NCBI GenBank assembly: GCA_046563655.1
Contig: CM102287.1
Coordinates: 2,728,001-2,792,000, forward strand
Reading direction: 5' to 3'
DNA: 64,000 nt
Source of the DNA: Yuukianura sp. NJ FZ-2021
Lineage: Eukaryota
Made by a program: the position numbers and the translations under genes. Shown here piece by piece: positions 62,901 through 64,000 of this stretch (position 1 is its first letter; each line of letters opens with the position of its first letter). The notes under the pieces are model-generated. The model saw nothing but the letters and a program-made list of their open reading frames with translations. It did no database searches and was not told where the DNA came from.

Positions 62901-63940
62901 TTCGCAACAATAACTAAATCACGTAACAATTTAAACTTTCAATTGCACTTTTAGCCTCTAAGCAAATGTGGAACAATAAGAATAACATTTTTCAACTCAA
63001 CCAAGGTCAAACTTCACCAACTTTGCAACATTTTGAAGTTTTCTGCCGTTTGAACATTAAAAATTTGCTTTTAAATAAAAACTTTACTATATTTATACTA
63101 GATTGTACAGAAGCAAGATGAGTACCGTTGAATTAGATTTGAAGCAAAGTTGCAAAATTTGAATTTGCAAATTTTTAATTTTTCAATTCTTGTACTGAAA
63201 AGAATTAGCGCTAGATTAATTTGCATTTAATTTTAATTGGAAATTGAATAGAGGGACTTCCTGGATCTTCTGATTGTTTGTTTTGTTGAACTTGATGTGT
63301 GATTGACAGATTAAAATGAAAAGGAGCGTTCGAGTGGTTGTAGATTTTTAGAGACTATAAAATGAGAAAGTATTGCAAAAAATTGCACACCGCAACTTGC
63401 AAATTGACCCTGACTCGCCAATTTTGATTAATTTAAGTCAATAGATTCTGGTCAACCATACAGGAAGTTTCATTTTTACTTTTAGAAACTGTAAACGGCT
63501 GAGGTGACCTTTGACCTGACCTTGAATCCTTTCTAAAACAATTTTCACAAGAGTTTTTCCAATTTCTTTTTCAGGTTGTTCTGACTTGCTTCCTTACAAA
63601 ATCTTATGCAGCCCTGTCCGGATTCAGCAGTTCTCCCACCCAGTATCATGTGCAGAATGACGAAGGTAGCAAAAATGTTGCAAAATATTGGCAAAATGTG
63701 CAAAAAAAAAAATCGCAAATGCGCTAAAAATTCGCGAATTTGCTAACAACAATGTTATGTTTTATGGACAGGTCCAGAGAGATTCTTCCGGTACCAGACG
63801 TTCAATGGACAGTTCAGGAAGGAGAGAAGGATGGACGACGGGACAGTGGTGGGTTCGTATGGCTGGGTGGATCCGGCGGGGTATTTGAGAATGACAGACT
63901 ACATTGCTGATGAGAAGGGATATCGTGTTGTGAAGTCCAG
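56902..63940 (+). CDS. Cuticle protein with Rebers-Riddiford chitin-binding domain (3' end beyond window)
   Basis: Exon 56902-56931 (MAKNFQQLLL|gtaagt) splices in phase 0 to 63575-63665 (VVLTCFLTKSYA, completing a signal peptide), then 63772-63940 GTVVGSYGWVDPAGYLRMTDYIADEKGYR, which fits the R&R consensus. The first-exon assignment is inferred. Confidence 0.88.
58123..58429. mobile_element. Foldback element with internal 17-bp tandem repeats (GAATTACAACGAAAGTT)
   Basis: Left aatgccatttctccgaatgaattacaacgaagcgaatttc... is the inverted complement of right ...gaaattcgcttcgttgcaattcattcgatgaaatggcgtt. GGG...CCC ends; no clear TSD. Confidence 0.8.
59563..59747. repeat. 36-bp imperfect inverted repeat (relic MITE) in the cuticle gene intron
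   Basis: atctacacaaaatcacctatacacaaaaactatcaa (59563-59598) versus 59712-59747: 32/36 complementary, with an AT-rich spacer. Confidence 0.7.
61800..62422. mobile_element. Non-autonomous Mutator/foldback-like DNA element with ~200-bp repetitive TIRs and 8-bp TSD
   Basis: Perfect direct repeat AAGACAGG at 61792-61799 and 62423-62430. Arms are built from about 10 AAGCGCCT(CC) units and their complements. Internal AACCTAAC tracts and a ccgcgccttcggcgcgg hairpin at about 62186-62202. No transposase ORF. Confidence 0.88.
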
Positions 63941-64000
63941 GTACTAATTGCAATTACTAATTACACGTAATTAAGTAATTACGGATTTTTTGTGTAATTA

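Overview
Eukaryotic, AT-rich, compact genomic DNA with mostly short (about 55-110 nt) GT-AG introns. It is almost certainly arthropod, given an R&R cuticle protein and a Sple-type prickle exon; the species cannot be determined. Genes reconstructed by hand from splice sites, in order: a truncated 5' end of an unidentified gene (-), TFIIF alpha/GTF2F1 (+), an orphan TM/coiled-coil ORF (+), a highly degenerate PIG-Z/SMP3-like GT22 mannosyltransferase (-), an orphan coiled-coil gene (-), tropomodulin with three candidate first and three candidate last exons (-), an ER thioredoxin-fold membrane protein (+), CCDC12 (-), a divergent CHCHD2/10-like twin-CX9C gene largely missed by the ORF track (+), prickle (-) with about 14 kb of gene-free upstream DNA, TBC1D25 (+), ALIX/PDCD6IP (-) and a cuticle protein (+, truncated). 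Several non-autonomous foldback/MITE-like elements and degenerate minisatellites lie in introns. The most unusual signal is a textbook replication-dependent histone mRNA 3'-end cassette (GGCCCT-TTTA-AGGGCC stem-loop, ACAAA, and an AAAGAG downstream element at 5441-5480) just downstream of the non-histone orphan ORF, with no histone gene in the window. All family assignments come from recalled motifs, not from database searches.
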